Origin: Phoronis australis
Taxonomy: Eukaryota > Animalia > Phoronida
Direction: 5' to 3'
Assembly (NCBI GenBank): GCA_002633005.1
Contig: NMRA01000709.1
Location: 119,380-183,379 of the forward strand
DNA: 64,000 bases
Notes under the pieces: generated by a model
Seen by the model: only the letters and a program-made list of their open reading frames with translations
What the model was told of the DNA's origin: nothing
Database searches by the model: none
In this document: positions 13,101-24,575 of the stretch, in pieces
Layout: every line of letters starts with the position of its first letter
Position numbering within the stretch: the stretch's first letter is position 1
Translations under genes and position numbers: made by a program

Positions 13101-16100
13101 AAAGTTGTCAAAGCAGGCCAAGTTCGAAGCGATCAAGAAAGAATGTTATTTTTATTTTTCTGCTGAAAATAAGTAAACCAAGTAGTAAAAAATGCTCAAC
13201 CCCATGGCCCCCTCGTCCCATGCCCTGAGGCAATAGAGGTGTTTTTGCGATTTTTACATCTTGCAGAACGGTGCCGAATGCGGAATGGTTCCATAACTGT
13301 CCCATTTATTAATTATTGTTAGGGTAGAAATGCTGATACATTTATGTTTTATGTTTGTTGCGCATTAAGATTTGAATATTCGGTGGCTGGTGTTGACGTT
13401 CTACCAAAAGCGGTAAAATGGCATAGACAGGATGTCAATTTTTCCCAAGTCTGCTAAGAACTAGGTTTCTGCATCAGAAATCATTCAGCAAGTTCCCCAC
13501 TGATAATCATTGTTCATGTTGACACAATAATGTGTTATAGAGAATAGAATGTATTTCAACTTTAATGCACAAGAAGAAAATTAAACAATTTGTGAGCTCC
13601 ACAAACCATTGTTTGCGGAACCGTTCTGCATGCGGAACACCATTCTGCAACAATCACATTGATCAACTAATTATTGTTAGGATTGTCACAATGATACTTT
13701 CAAGTGGTACTAAGAATAGCATGCATTTTAAATTTATTTGAAAAAACAAATACAACACAAAACCATTCTATTTGGGAAATAGTTACCCAAGAGGAACGGT
13801 TCCACACGCGGAACGGTTCCACGCGCGGAACGGTTCCACACGCGGAATAGTTCCCCAACTGTTCCGTTTATTAATTATTGTTAGGGTACAAATTCTTAAT
13901 ATACATTTATGTTTCATACTCGTTGCACGTTAACATTTGAATATTCCGTATCTTGTATTAACATTCTGCCAGAAGCAGTAAAATGGCATAGACAAGTTAT
14001 CAATTTTTCCCTGAGTCTGCTTGTGGTAGGTTTCTGCATCAAAAACCATTCAGCAAGTTCCCCACTGATTAATTATTGCTCATGATGACACATTGATATT
14101 TTCACGTGTTATTCAGAATAGAATATATTTCAACCTTAATGTGCAAGAAGAAGTTTAAAAAATTGTGAACTCCACAAAACTATTGTTTGCGGAATGGTTC
14201 CGCATGCCCAACCATTCCGCATGCAGAACGGTTCCGCAACTGTCACTTTTATTAATTAATTATTGTTAGGGTAGAAATTCTGATACTTTTATGTTTAATG
14301 CTTGTAGCACATAAAGATTCGAATATTTCATGGCTTGTGTTAAGGTTCTTGCAAAAGCGGTAAAATGCCATAGACAAGATGTCAATTTTTCCCGAGTCTG
14401 CTTCAGGTAGGTTTCTGCATCACAAACCATTCAGAAAGTTCCTCACTGATTGTTCATGTTGACACATTGGTATTTCCATATGCTATTGAGAATAGAGTAT
14501 ATTTCAACTGAAATGTGCAAGAAAAGTTTTTTTAAAACTTGTGAGGATCACAAAAGTATTGTTTGCGGAACGGTTCCGCAACTGTCACATTGATCAACTA
14601 ACTACTGTTATGATTGTCACATCGATACTTTCAAATGGCATTGATAATGGAATGAATTTTAAGTTGATTGGTGAAATCAAATACCCAGCAAAACCATTCT
14701 GTTTGGGAAATCGCTCCCCATGCGGAAGGGTTCCGCATGCGGAACGGTTCCGCAATTGTCACATTGTTCAAGTAATTACTATTAGGATTGTCACATTGAT
14801 ACTTTCAAGTGGTATTGATTATGGAATGCATTTTAACTTTATTGGTCTTGAGAATTAAAAAGATTGAGTGCTCCAAAAAACTATTCTGTTTGGGAAACCG
14901 TTCCGCATGTGGAACCATTCTGCAACCGTCACGTTGATTAATTATTGAGAATGGGCATTGATTTTTAAAAATAGATTATTTTGATTATTATTCCACAAAA
15001 TATACATAATATTTCGCAAGTCACGGTATTCCACAAAACTTGCGCAGTATTCTTCAAGTGCTTAATATTCCATAAAATCTGTGTAATATTCCGCAAAATC
15101 CGCGGAATATTCCGCACATTTGCGGAATATTCCGCATGGCGAAAATTGAACTTCTAATTAAGAAAATGCTAATGGAGGAAATAAAAATGTAACATTGTAA
15201 ACATGTTTATGGTAAGGTATAGATTTTTTATACCATTTTTATGGCCCTAAGTGGATATAAAAAAGTGCAGAACTGTTCCGCACACTTTGAGACTGAGAAT
15301 TGTCTTGGTAAGGCTGATGTCATGAGTCGCTGGATGACTGGATGCGTGACAGTGTAACAGTTATTTTTCGGTAGATTTGGGGGTTGTAAGGGTGTGGAAG
15401 TATTCACTATCTGTGGATAATTTTGACTTTAAAAGATCTAATATGACTAATTTAATAATTCCCCCTTAAAAATAACGCCAATGTTTTTACGGTATTAGAA
15501 GCTTTTGGAAATAAGTGCCAGTTTTTATTTGTTGCCGATGTTATGCTACCAGTTTCATGAATAGATAGTTCCCGAAGACTAATCTTCGATGACAGGTGCT
15601 TGAATGTAGGGCGGGCTTCCTTGCCTCGTACTTTTAACCGAACAAAAGTCAAGTTTTTATTAGTCTTCAATTCGTGGTTTTCACGTGTAGAGAGAAATTT
15701 GGACTTCTGTTGAGGGAGATCTGTATGGGAAATACTATACAATCCCTTTGATATTGTTTCTGTTCTGAAAGGCCAGACCATAATTGGACACGTCCTTCGC
15801 AAGATCAGCAAAACTTGCAATCTTTCTGAAGCTTGGCGGAAGTTTAAAGTGTATAGTCATGGCTAAATACCGACATAGCAGCGATTCTTGTGGTCTACAT
15901 ATTCCGCACAAAATGATTTTTTCGGATCTTATTGATAAATTGAAGACATTACTAACTGTAGAATTTTAGAACTGTAGGTTTGGCATTTTTGCATGTACAC
16001 AGTGTTCATGCACTTGGTGCTTATTTTAGCAAAGTCTGAAAAAGCCTGGGGGATGATTATAGGGGTATGGGTGCTTATTAGGGCAAATACGGTATATACT

Positions 16101-16832
16101 GTCAGGTATTTGAATTGTCAAAGTTGTCTACCCAGCTGGCAAGTTAAGTTAAACCATTGTGTGAATAGTGAATAACTCGCATTTTGATGTGATTTGATTA
16201 CTTTATTCACTTGTTTTCTATTGTTTGTTCGCTGTGTTATCTAAAAGCTGCAAAGTATAGGGTGGCAAGTTCTTCCTACCCCTTTGCCCCCCATGTCACT
16301 TCTCCCTAGACCCTTCCCCCTCTTACTTCTCCCCATCCCTTCCCCCCTCTCACTTTCCACAATCCTGTTTTGTGAAGTATTATTTGAACTGGCGTGATGC
16401 TGAGGCAATATTGTTTAGAGTTCATCGGTGTAGTTGGCCTTGTTTAACAAAGCCAAGTAAATCTGAAAAAAGCCATGTATCTATAAAACAAATTACGTTT
16501 AGCCTTTATATTTAAGGCCCTGCTGGACTGTATAATTACCCAATCACATTCACTGTCTTGTTCTGCCCACACAAATCAGTGGCTTGTGCGAAGAAATCGG
16601 GTGATGGCCATCAATCGTAAACCTTCCTATTTTGTGATTAAAATTGTTTCTGGAAGAACGCTATTGTAAAATCTGCATGGGGTATAAGCAGAACATGCAC
16701 ATTCCAACAATTAATGGCGGCTTTGACAAAACACTAGCGAATGATAGCAGATTTGGCAAACGTTCATTTTGGCACCTTTTCACTTTGCTTTTGTAGGCTG
16801 AGACCTCACTATAGCATTTTTGTAATACGCAG

Positions 16833-17071
16833 GACCCATATGAACGCCACCGTGGACCCCTGAGGGGCAGAGGACGCAGTGGTCCGCACAGACCCCTGTC
16901 TTATGACAGGTTCCCACCACCCGTGATGCAAAGTCCATATGAAGAACCTGAGTATGTGCGACCCCGCCCACACAGAGAGGATTTCCGTGAAGAGAATTAT
17001 CCCCCACCTCGTCGTCGACCAGATTCTTATGAAGAAGACCCATTCTTTGCCAGAGCTCCTTTCAGGGAAAG
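16833..17071 (+). CDS. YLPM1: YLPM1/ZAP3-like gene, internal coding exon A (DPYERHRGPLRGRGR...FFARAPFRE)
   Basis: Acceptor CGCAG at 16828-16832, donor AG|GTATAC; open Arg/Pro/Asp-rich frame; ends phase 2, matching exon B. Confidence 0.75.
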
Positions 17072-17189
17072 GTATACCAAACTGTCTCACTTACATGTTC
17101 ACTTGATACTTAACTTCTGTTTTATGTTCATTTCACTTTTTTACTGAATTCACTTTTGTATATTTTGCTCATTACATGTTCACGCTTAA

Positions 17190-18813
17190 AGGAGAATGCC
17201 ACCTGATTTAATTAGTCTTTTTGCCATCTTAATCGGTCTATATCCACTTCGCCATGCATACGGTCGACCTTAGCTTGCCAGGAGGTGTCGCGTTAACCTG
17301 TGAGGAAGGTGAGAAACGACACTAGCGACGTCAGTGGTTTATATGCAGAGTGAATGCCGGTATGTTGCGGTGCATCGTTCCCGCTTGTGTGAACTAAGCA
17401 GCTGCGAGGAAAGCGGGTATATGGTTTTTTTTTACTTCCTTGAAAGTCCGAAATGCTTAGGAAGTGGCTCATGGTAGTGAAGAATGAAATGTACGCTGTA
17501 AATAGCAAGTATGAGGCCGTGAAACATCTCCGTGTCTGTGGCCTGCAGACGTCAACAGTGCCTGACGAATGCCGGCTTATCAAATAACTCCATACGTTCC
17601 GTTGTCTGAGCTTGTTCACGGCACCTCTCTAGTATTTCTTCATCACTGTATTCCTGTTCGAATTGATAGCCTGTAAAATTTAACGATCCACCTGCGAAGT
17701 CGAGACTGATGAGCTCTAGCTCGTCCCAAGTCGGGATTGCGAGTTGCCATGTTTGGCGTTTATTACTGAGCGTTCTGTTTCAAAATGATTTGTTCTCACC
17801 CTAACCAATACTTATAAAACTGAAACACAGTCTGTCTCATTAGATGCAATTTGTAATGCCTTTGGAGTGTTCGTGAATGCAAATGATTTGAGAAGCCAGC
17901 AATGAATAAATCACTACGTTACTGGCTTTAGGTGCAATAAAACTAATTGACGGGACACCGAGGCCGTGTGAGCTCATGCTAATTTAGTGTTTGCTGGCAG
18001 AAACTGTTGTGAAACAACTCGATTTTCATCCCACGGCCAATCTTTATTTACATTTGCATTACTCAAATAATGATTGTCAATGTACAACCTAAATTCGCGG
18101 CCCCCGACAAGTAAGTAGATTTGCAGTTTCGTGGCTAAATCACCGACATAATCAGGTGCACATTACTTTGGCTCACAAGTATAGTATTTTCTTAACTGTA
18201 AGTTTAGTTTCCACTGAACTTTGGCTGGTTATGTTCGTGATGTCTGATAAGTTTCCGAGCCACTGGCCAGGATGAGTCAATCTGGCCGGCTGCGACGGGT
18301 GTGATCGGGCTCCGAGCCACTGGCCAGGATAACAAGCGTTTTGTGTTTAGAACTCAAAAAATCACAAGTCTAAACAACACAGATCTAGGTTCTCTTGTCT
18401 GTATCTCACGGAAAATACTTCGAAATTATCTCCGAACAGACCTCAAACTCCTGCTAGGGACCTTATTGGTCTGCCGAACTTTATAGGCTACGGTGTTTCC
18501 AAATACCAATAAATCCGTAAGAGCGAAATAAAACAACAGGTTTTTATAAGAAATCGGTGTATTTTTAAGGGTTCTATAGCGAAGTTTGATGATTTATTGG
18601 TGTTAAACGATGACTTCAAGCGATAAGCTGACACCAGTAACCCGTGTTGTGAACTGCTTAGCAGACTGCATGTGAAACCGATGACGTCATTGGATAATTT
18701 CAACACTGTCTGCCGTCAGGTGTCAGGTAACGCAACCGTACATGTCGTTATGGAGTAGAACTACTCGATCTAAATTGATACAAATTAGGTTGTTTTTTGG
18801 GTGGCATACTCCT
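17190..18813. mobile_element. Kolobok-like non-autonomous DNA transposon with decayed accessory ORF
   Basis: TTAA|AGGAGAATGCCACC...GGTGGCATACTCCT|TTAA (TTAA TSD, AG termini); minus-strand remnant GYQFEQEYSDEE at 17636-17671. Confidence 0.7.
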
Positions 18814-20370
18814 TTAACTTCTTTGTATCATGTTTCCTGCATGCGCTCAATTACTTCTATGTGTTATGTTCAGTACATGATTGTTCACACTAAACTGCTC
18901 TGTGCCGTAATTTTTGTCTGTCTGGATCTTTCGTCTGCTGCTGTATCTCCAAATCCATGTTCCTTATCCTTTTGTCCACCCATATCCTTTTGTCCCTCTT
19001 TCCCTTTTGTGTGCCTTTCTGTATGATCAGATTTTTAAATCTTGGTCCTACATTTAAGCTTCTCATGTTAACCTTATTTAGTGTAACCTTAGTTAAGGGA
19101 TGCCTCCAAAACCCATGTATAACCCCAAATGGTTAACATTAAGTGCGTGCCTATAAATTCCGAGGCGTTAATTCTGAATTTAAACGAGCTCAACTCTTTA
19201 AATGGTTGAAACAAAAAGAATTATGATATAGTTTACTTACAAGAAACATACAGTGTTCCTACCTCCATTGATAAATGGGAACGTGAGTGGGGTGGTCCGA
19301 TATTTTCTGGTCACGGCACTAACCATAGTAAAGGCACTACCAATTTAATTCATCCACGTTTGGATTTTGAACCTTATTTAGTCCAGAACGATACTTACGG
19401 TAGATACAATGTTCTCAATTGCAAAATTGCAGAACAAGAGTTCATTTTACTCAATCTGTACTTTCAAAATGAAACCAGGAAACAAGTCGAATTTCTGGAT
19501 TTCATTAGTTTAGAACTCCATAATTTTGTAAACAACCAAAGTATTCTTTGCACTGGTGATTTTAACTGCACTCAAACAGACATAGATAAGAAAGGAAAAC
19601 TAGTGTATTCCACGAAAAGTCTTGTAATACAGAACATCAACTTTTTTAAATCTAATTTAGAGTTGTACGACGTATGGCGTGAAAATAACCCAGGTGTGAG
19701 GAAGTACACTTGAAGGGATAAGATTATGACATGTCAAAGTAGAATTGACATGTGGCTGATTTCCAGATAAGTAGCAGTCAAAGACGTTGCCATTATTAAC
19801 GACTTTGTGTTTTCAGACCACTCTGCCATTACTTTACACTTTGAAATATCCGAAAATGCGAAGAGAGGTCCTGGTCTTTGGAAATTTAACACTAATTATT
19901 TAAACGATACCAATTATATAGACCAAATAATTAAATGTGTCGAATTTTATAGTACTCAATACCGACATATTGAAGACAAAAATTTAGTGGGGGAATTACT
20001 TAATATGGAAGTAAGGAAAACTTCAATCTCTTTTGCAAAAGAGGTTGCAAAGAAGACCCGCTCTGACGAAATTGTTTTAATAGAAAAAATTAATGCTTTG
20101 ACTGCCAAGGCGGAAAGCGACCCTTTAGAAGAATTAAGCCAAAATTAATTTGCAAATTATCCTGAACCAAAAAATTAAGGGCTTGATTATGCGTAGTAAA
20201 GCGCAATGGGCAGAACAAGGCGAGAATGGAAAATATTTCAAAAACCTAAAGTTGAGTCACTGCAAGCAAAAACATATTAACGCCCTTAAAGATGGTGCTA
20301 AAGTTAAACATGATGCATCAAGCATACGGAATATTCAAGTGAACTATTACAAAAAACTTTACTCTGATAT

Positions 20371-20498
20371 TGTTGTTTTATTACTTCATTGTGTTATATT
20401 ACTGTTTTTCGTGTTGAGGGCCCTCTTGGAAAGCAGTGCTATCACTGAAGAGGCCACCCTCATTTTAAATATCACAATAATAAATAAATAAATAGATA
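20371..20498 (+). mobile_element. 5'-truncated retroposon 3' end with stem-loop and (TAAA)n tail
   Basis: GATAT duplicated at 20366-20370 and 20499-20503; GAGGG...CTCTT.../...AAGAG...CCCTC hairpin; removal restores the LINE frame (YSDIIEEC). Confidence 0.6.
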
Positions 20499-20625
20499 GA
20501 TATAATTGAAGAATGCAATGGAGAACGAGCGTATCCAATCGACCTTTTTAATTTACCAATCCATAAATAGCTATCTCCTGCAAATTCTTACAATTTAGAA
20601 AAAAATCTAACAGAAGACGAATTAT

Positions 20626-21131
20626 CAAGGCTTGGAATTTACCGCGGAAACGCGGATTTCCGCTTTTTTCAAATGTTCTGTCCGCGTATTTTATTGTATT
20701 TCCGCGTAAAAAAAATTGAATTTTATATAAAATCTCCGCGGCAAATTTCTTTCTTACTGTGGCGTTGCCGACGACTTTCACCTCGAAAAGCGGAAATTGC
20801 TCTTTATGTTTCGGAGGAACGTAAATTGTCAACATTGCCGGAGCATCTGGGATAGCGTAATGGATTTCTTCAATGGCCTCTCGTGTGATTGTAAACCACG
20901 GTGACAAATACTACGACTCTGCAGCCAAAAATGTGTGGAGGTGGGAGTGTGGGAGTGGACGGACGAGCTAAAAAGACGCAGATCCACGCTTCTGGAGGTG
21001 GTACCTTTTTTTTCAGTCCTCCCGATTTCTGTCGGCTAAAGATCCACATGGACTATTTAAAGGCTGGGTGCGCGCGTGTTTTTGGGCCGTAAAAATTTCC
21101 GCTTTTTTGTCATTGGCCATTCCAAGCCCTG
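20626..21131. mobile_element. hAT-like MITE with 6-bp TSD
   Basis: CAAGGCTTGGAAT...ATTCCAAGCCCTG; TSD AATTAT; removal of element plus one TSD restores LINE frame EDELYEFLSQTKPSK. Confidence 0.88.
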
Positions 21132-23559
21132 AATTATATGAATTTCTGTCACAGACAAAACCTAGCAAGACGCCTGGTAATGATGGCATCAGCTATGAAT
21201 TTTATAAAATCTTTTGGACTGTAATTAAAGACGATTTATTGGCGAGCGTCACATACAGCTTTGGAAATGGTCACATGTCCAATTCTCAAAAGTAAGGCGA
21301 AATCACGTTAATCCCAAAAAGTAAACAGTCCGAGGAATTACTCTCTTTAGACAATAGCGGAGTTGCAACCGAATCGATTCAACGATTGCGCATGTCTGGA
21401 AATTAGGGTGCGCAAAGGCTATTGGGATTGATTAGGGTATGTGTAATGGCCGATTGGTTTGCATGACGTGTGGTTTGTGTGTATTAAACTATGCTGCTGT
21501 ATGTAATTCTGCCGCTATTCGCCCTAATAAGTGTCCATGTCCCAATAAGTGCCCCAACGCATTTTCAGACTTCGCTAAAGTAAGCGCCCAGCCCATGAAC
21601 TACATGCGAAAATTGCCTTACCTACAGTGCTAACGTCTTCAATTTATCAATTGAAAGATCCGACAGTCCTGAATTTGTGGACCACGAGCCTCACCGTTAT
21701 GTCCGTAGACACTTCAAACTTACGATGCGATTCAAAAAGAAGGGATGTGCCCCATTACGCGGGTCCGGACTTTGAAAACAGAAGAAGCATACTTGTCAGC
21801 AGGATTGCATTGTTTCTTTCCGGTACAGATCTTCTCCGGCCTCAACAGGAATCCAAACTTCATTGTACACGTGAAAACCGTGAATCGAAGACAAATAAAC
21901 AAAACTCTACCAGTGTTAGCAAGTGGCCAAGAAGCGCGCCCTGCATAATGCACTGGCCATAGACATCACATTATTGTATTAAGATGTCTATGTTACTGGC
22001 TGTCATCGAAGACATTTAGTCGGGAACTATCTATTCATGAAACGGGTAACATATCACTGGCAAGAAATAAATATTGGCACTAATTTCCGAAAGTTTCTAC
22101 TAATAGCTGGGCAGATAGTGGAAAAATCATGCATTTGATGATACAAGCACCAAAATTGGCATGGTGACATCCTAAGGTATACTCTACAGATCTACCCGAC
22201 TAGCCACCTAATAATCCAAAATGGCGGTCGTTTTTCAAAATGGCCGCCATTTGATGCTTGTGAGTAATGCTTTTCCTCGTAAATCTGTCTCTGCCCATCC
22301 GATTTTCATGAACTTGTTGTCAAATTGTATGTTTTTGGATATGCTGAATTCATTTTTGATATTTTCAGAAGCATTTTAATACCATATGGGCAACTACTGA
22401 TAAAATAAGCAAAAAATTACAACATCAAAATGCATCAATTAACGAGAAACGGAACTGTGCTCTCGAACATCAAATACAAACTAAATGGACGGAATCATAA
22501 ATCACAAACATAGTCGAGCATGAACATCACATTAATGCTAAAATAATATGTTGTTCAGAATCTATTGTCTATTATAAATTCCTTTACACAACGACGTTAC
22601 TGGTCACATACACAGCTACACAGAGCGTTACAAGAAAGTCCTGCTTGAAAACATTTGCACCTTCAAGTGCAGCCTGTCTTACTGCAGCATTTGGTTAATT
22701 CCTGGCAGCATGCAGCTGTTGGTGGAAGGGTTGTCCCGTGTATTTGCCATGTTCACATTGAATCCAACCCCAGTCAGCGGGAGTGCTGGTTTGTGGGTTC
22801 GAGACAGTCGCCTAGCTCCAGATGATCCCACTTTGGTAGGCAGCACGGCATCTCTGGTTGGTGGGATCGCATCATAAGTCCTCTGCTTGCAGGCAAAGAG
22901 ATCCAACCGTGCCTTGTTGACCCCACTATCTGAACTGGATCTGTCATACATTAGGACAACGAAGTTCTCCAGATTCTGCAGATGATCATCTGAAATTTCT
23001 CCCGAACTGTAGCTGAGTTTCCTGAAGGTTTCAGTAACATCACACGCATCCTATGTCAGCCCTGCAGATGTTTTCTTTTGGCACGAAAACCTGAAACCAC
23101 ATCACAGCCAGTGAAAGCATGGAAGAAAAGGATACCACTGACTTTCTCCAGCCCCATTGAAGAAACTACCTCGTGAACGGGTATCCACTGAGCACTGGCT
23201 CCTTGTCCATAGGCTATCCACAAGTGTTCTAACCCGTGGTGTTGTAAGAATGGCATGGTCGACACTGCTATGACGACAACATCAGTGTCATTTGCTTTGA
23301 TGATAGTGGACTTGCTACCTTTTGAGGTGGCGTCCCTTGTATGTACAAACACTCTGGTATGAGCTTCCTTATGGGAGCATGGGGCCACGGCATCTAGGGA
23401 CCTCACTCTGTTGCTGATGACATTATCCCCCATAGTCACGATGATGGTGCTCGTTGTCTCAATGTCACGCGTTTTCTCTGCGAGGAAATTAAATAGTTCA
23501 GTCTTATTGCTATCATCTCGCAGAAAGCTTCTCCAGTTTTGAGGCGTCTTGGTACTTCC

Positions 23560-24575
23560 CAGGGCTCGACATAACGAGCTGCAGGTCGCATTTGCGACCT
23601 GAAATTTGGAAATGCGAGCTGAGATTTTTGTCAGCTCGTATCAAGTCGCAAAATGCGACCTGGAATTTCCAACGAATGCGAGCTGAGTTTTTACACTTCT
23701 CAACAGATACCTGGCACATACAAAGCAGCTCTTGTTAATCCGACCGTTATTTGGTCGTTGCCAAATCCAAGTTCAAAACAACACTAACGAGAACAGCCCT
23801 CCCGATGACTTGTAAGCAAGTCGCGTGAACATGGGATATGCAGAATCGATCTTCGACGCGTTTCATTGGCTAACACTTTCGGCCACTTTTGTAAATTCCC
23901 GGATTCGCCGAAGAAAGTTTCGGGCCACTGCTTAACACGTGATAAAACTTCACAAAACAACGGTGTTTCTATTAATTCTTAAGCGATCAACTTACCAAAC
24001 TTTGTGGTGNNNNNNNNNNNNNNNNNNNNNNNNNNNNNNNNNNNNNNNNNNNNNNNNNNNNNNNNNNNNNNNNNNNNNNNNNNNNNNNNNNNNNNNNNNN
24101 NNNNNNNNNNNNNNNNNNNNNNNNNNNNNNNNNNNNNNNNNNNNNNNTGACATGCGTGTCGTTTTGTGACTGACCTATTTTTCCCGTACTTGGAAGGTAT
24201 TGCGGAGCAAACTCGCCATTACCCGAGTTAGTTTGAATCGTTAACGACTTTGATGACAGCCAGTAGCAGGCCAGATCTAAAAATATCCCGGATACTTTTT
24301 CAAGGGACATTTTCTCCCTTTTCACATTGCAAATTTAGCTACTCGAATGCAAAAGTCAGAGAGCACTGATTCAACTTTCACGTCGGCAACTTGCCTTGCG
24401 CTCTAGAGTCTTTCAATGGCGGTCGTGAAGAACAGTAAGGCCGTACCTGCATGAATGAAGTCAATTTTGAGATCCAAAATTTGTGAGTATTTAACGCTGC
24501 AGGTAAGAGCATAATCTAAACATTTTCTCGATGATCTAAAAAATCTATTTTGGCGCGTAAAAATGGCGGGAAAAT
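23560..24575. mobile_element. 5-bp-TSD hAT-like element, copy 2 (inverted relative to copy 1, one end deleted)
   Basis: Starts CAGGGCTCGACATAACGAGCTGC; reverse complement of 6155-8229 apart from the N gap. Confidence 0.85.
24010..24147. other. Assembly gap (138 N)
   Basis: Run of N. Confidence 1.

Larger units (their letters stand above)
5738..15292. mobile_element. Foldback-like element with kb-scale inverted arms built from tandem repeats
   Basis: 5776 TCTCAAAGTGTGCGGAA... mirrors ...TTCCGCACACTTTGAGA 15292; arms (5776-6045 + 8235-9550 versus ~13265-15292) contain ~20-bp GCGGAATATTCCGC repeats and 380-565-bp units; it interrupts the MITE at AAAACGTTC|GAGAATTG. Confidence 0.8.
4051..16092. 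mobile_element. Tc1/mariner-like (TA-TSD) MITE, copy 1, expanded to 12 kb by nested insertions
   Basis: TA|CCGTATTCGCCCTAATA...TATTAGGGCAAATACGG|TA; pieces 4051-4313, 5315-5737 and 15293-16092 are collinear with the reverse complement of the intact ~1.4-kb copy at 52688-54107. Confidence 0.85.

Noticed and set aside
8300-15140. Regularly recurring palindromes as a CRISPR-like array
   Set aside because: Intervening sequences are themselves repeated, there are no cas genes, and the context is a eukaryotic intron.
16275-16355. C-rich tract (also 4400-4441) as a functional G-quadruplex
   Set aside because: G runs are on the non-coding strand, low complexity, with no supporting evidence.
16797-16832. 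Upstream acceptor TTTTGTAG at 16795-16796 as the start of exon A
   Set aside because: The extension has an in-frame TAG at 16812-16814 in the exon A frame.
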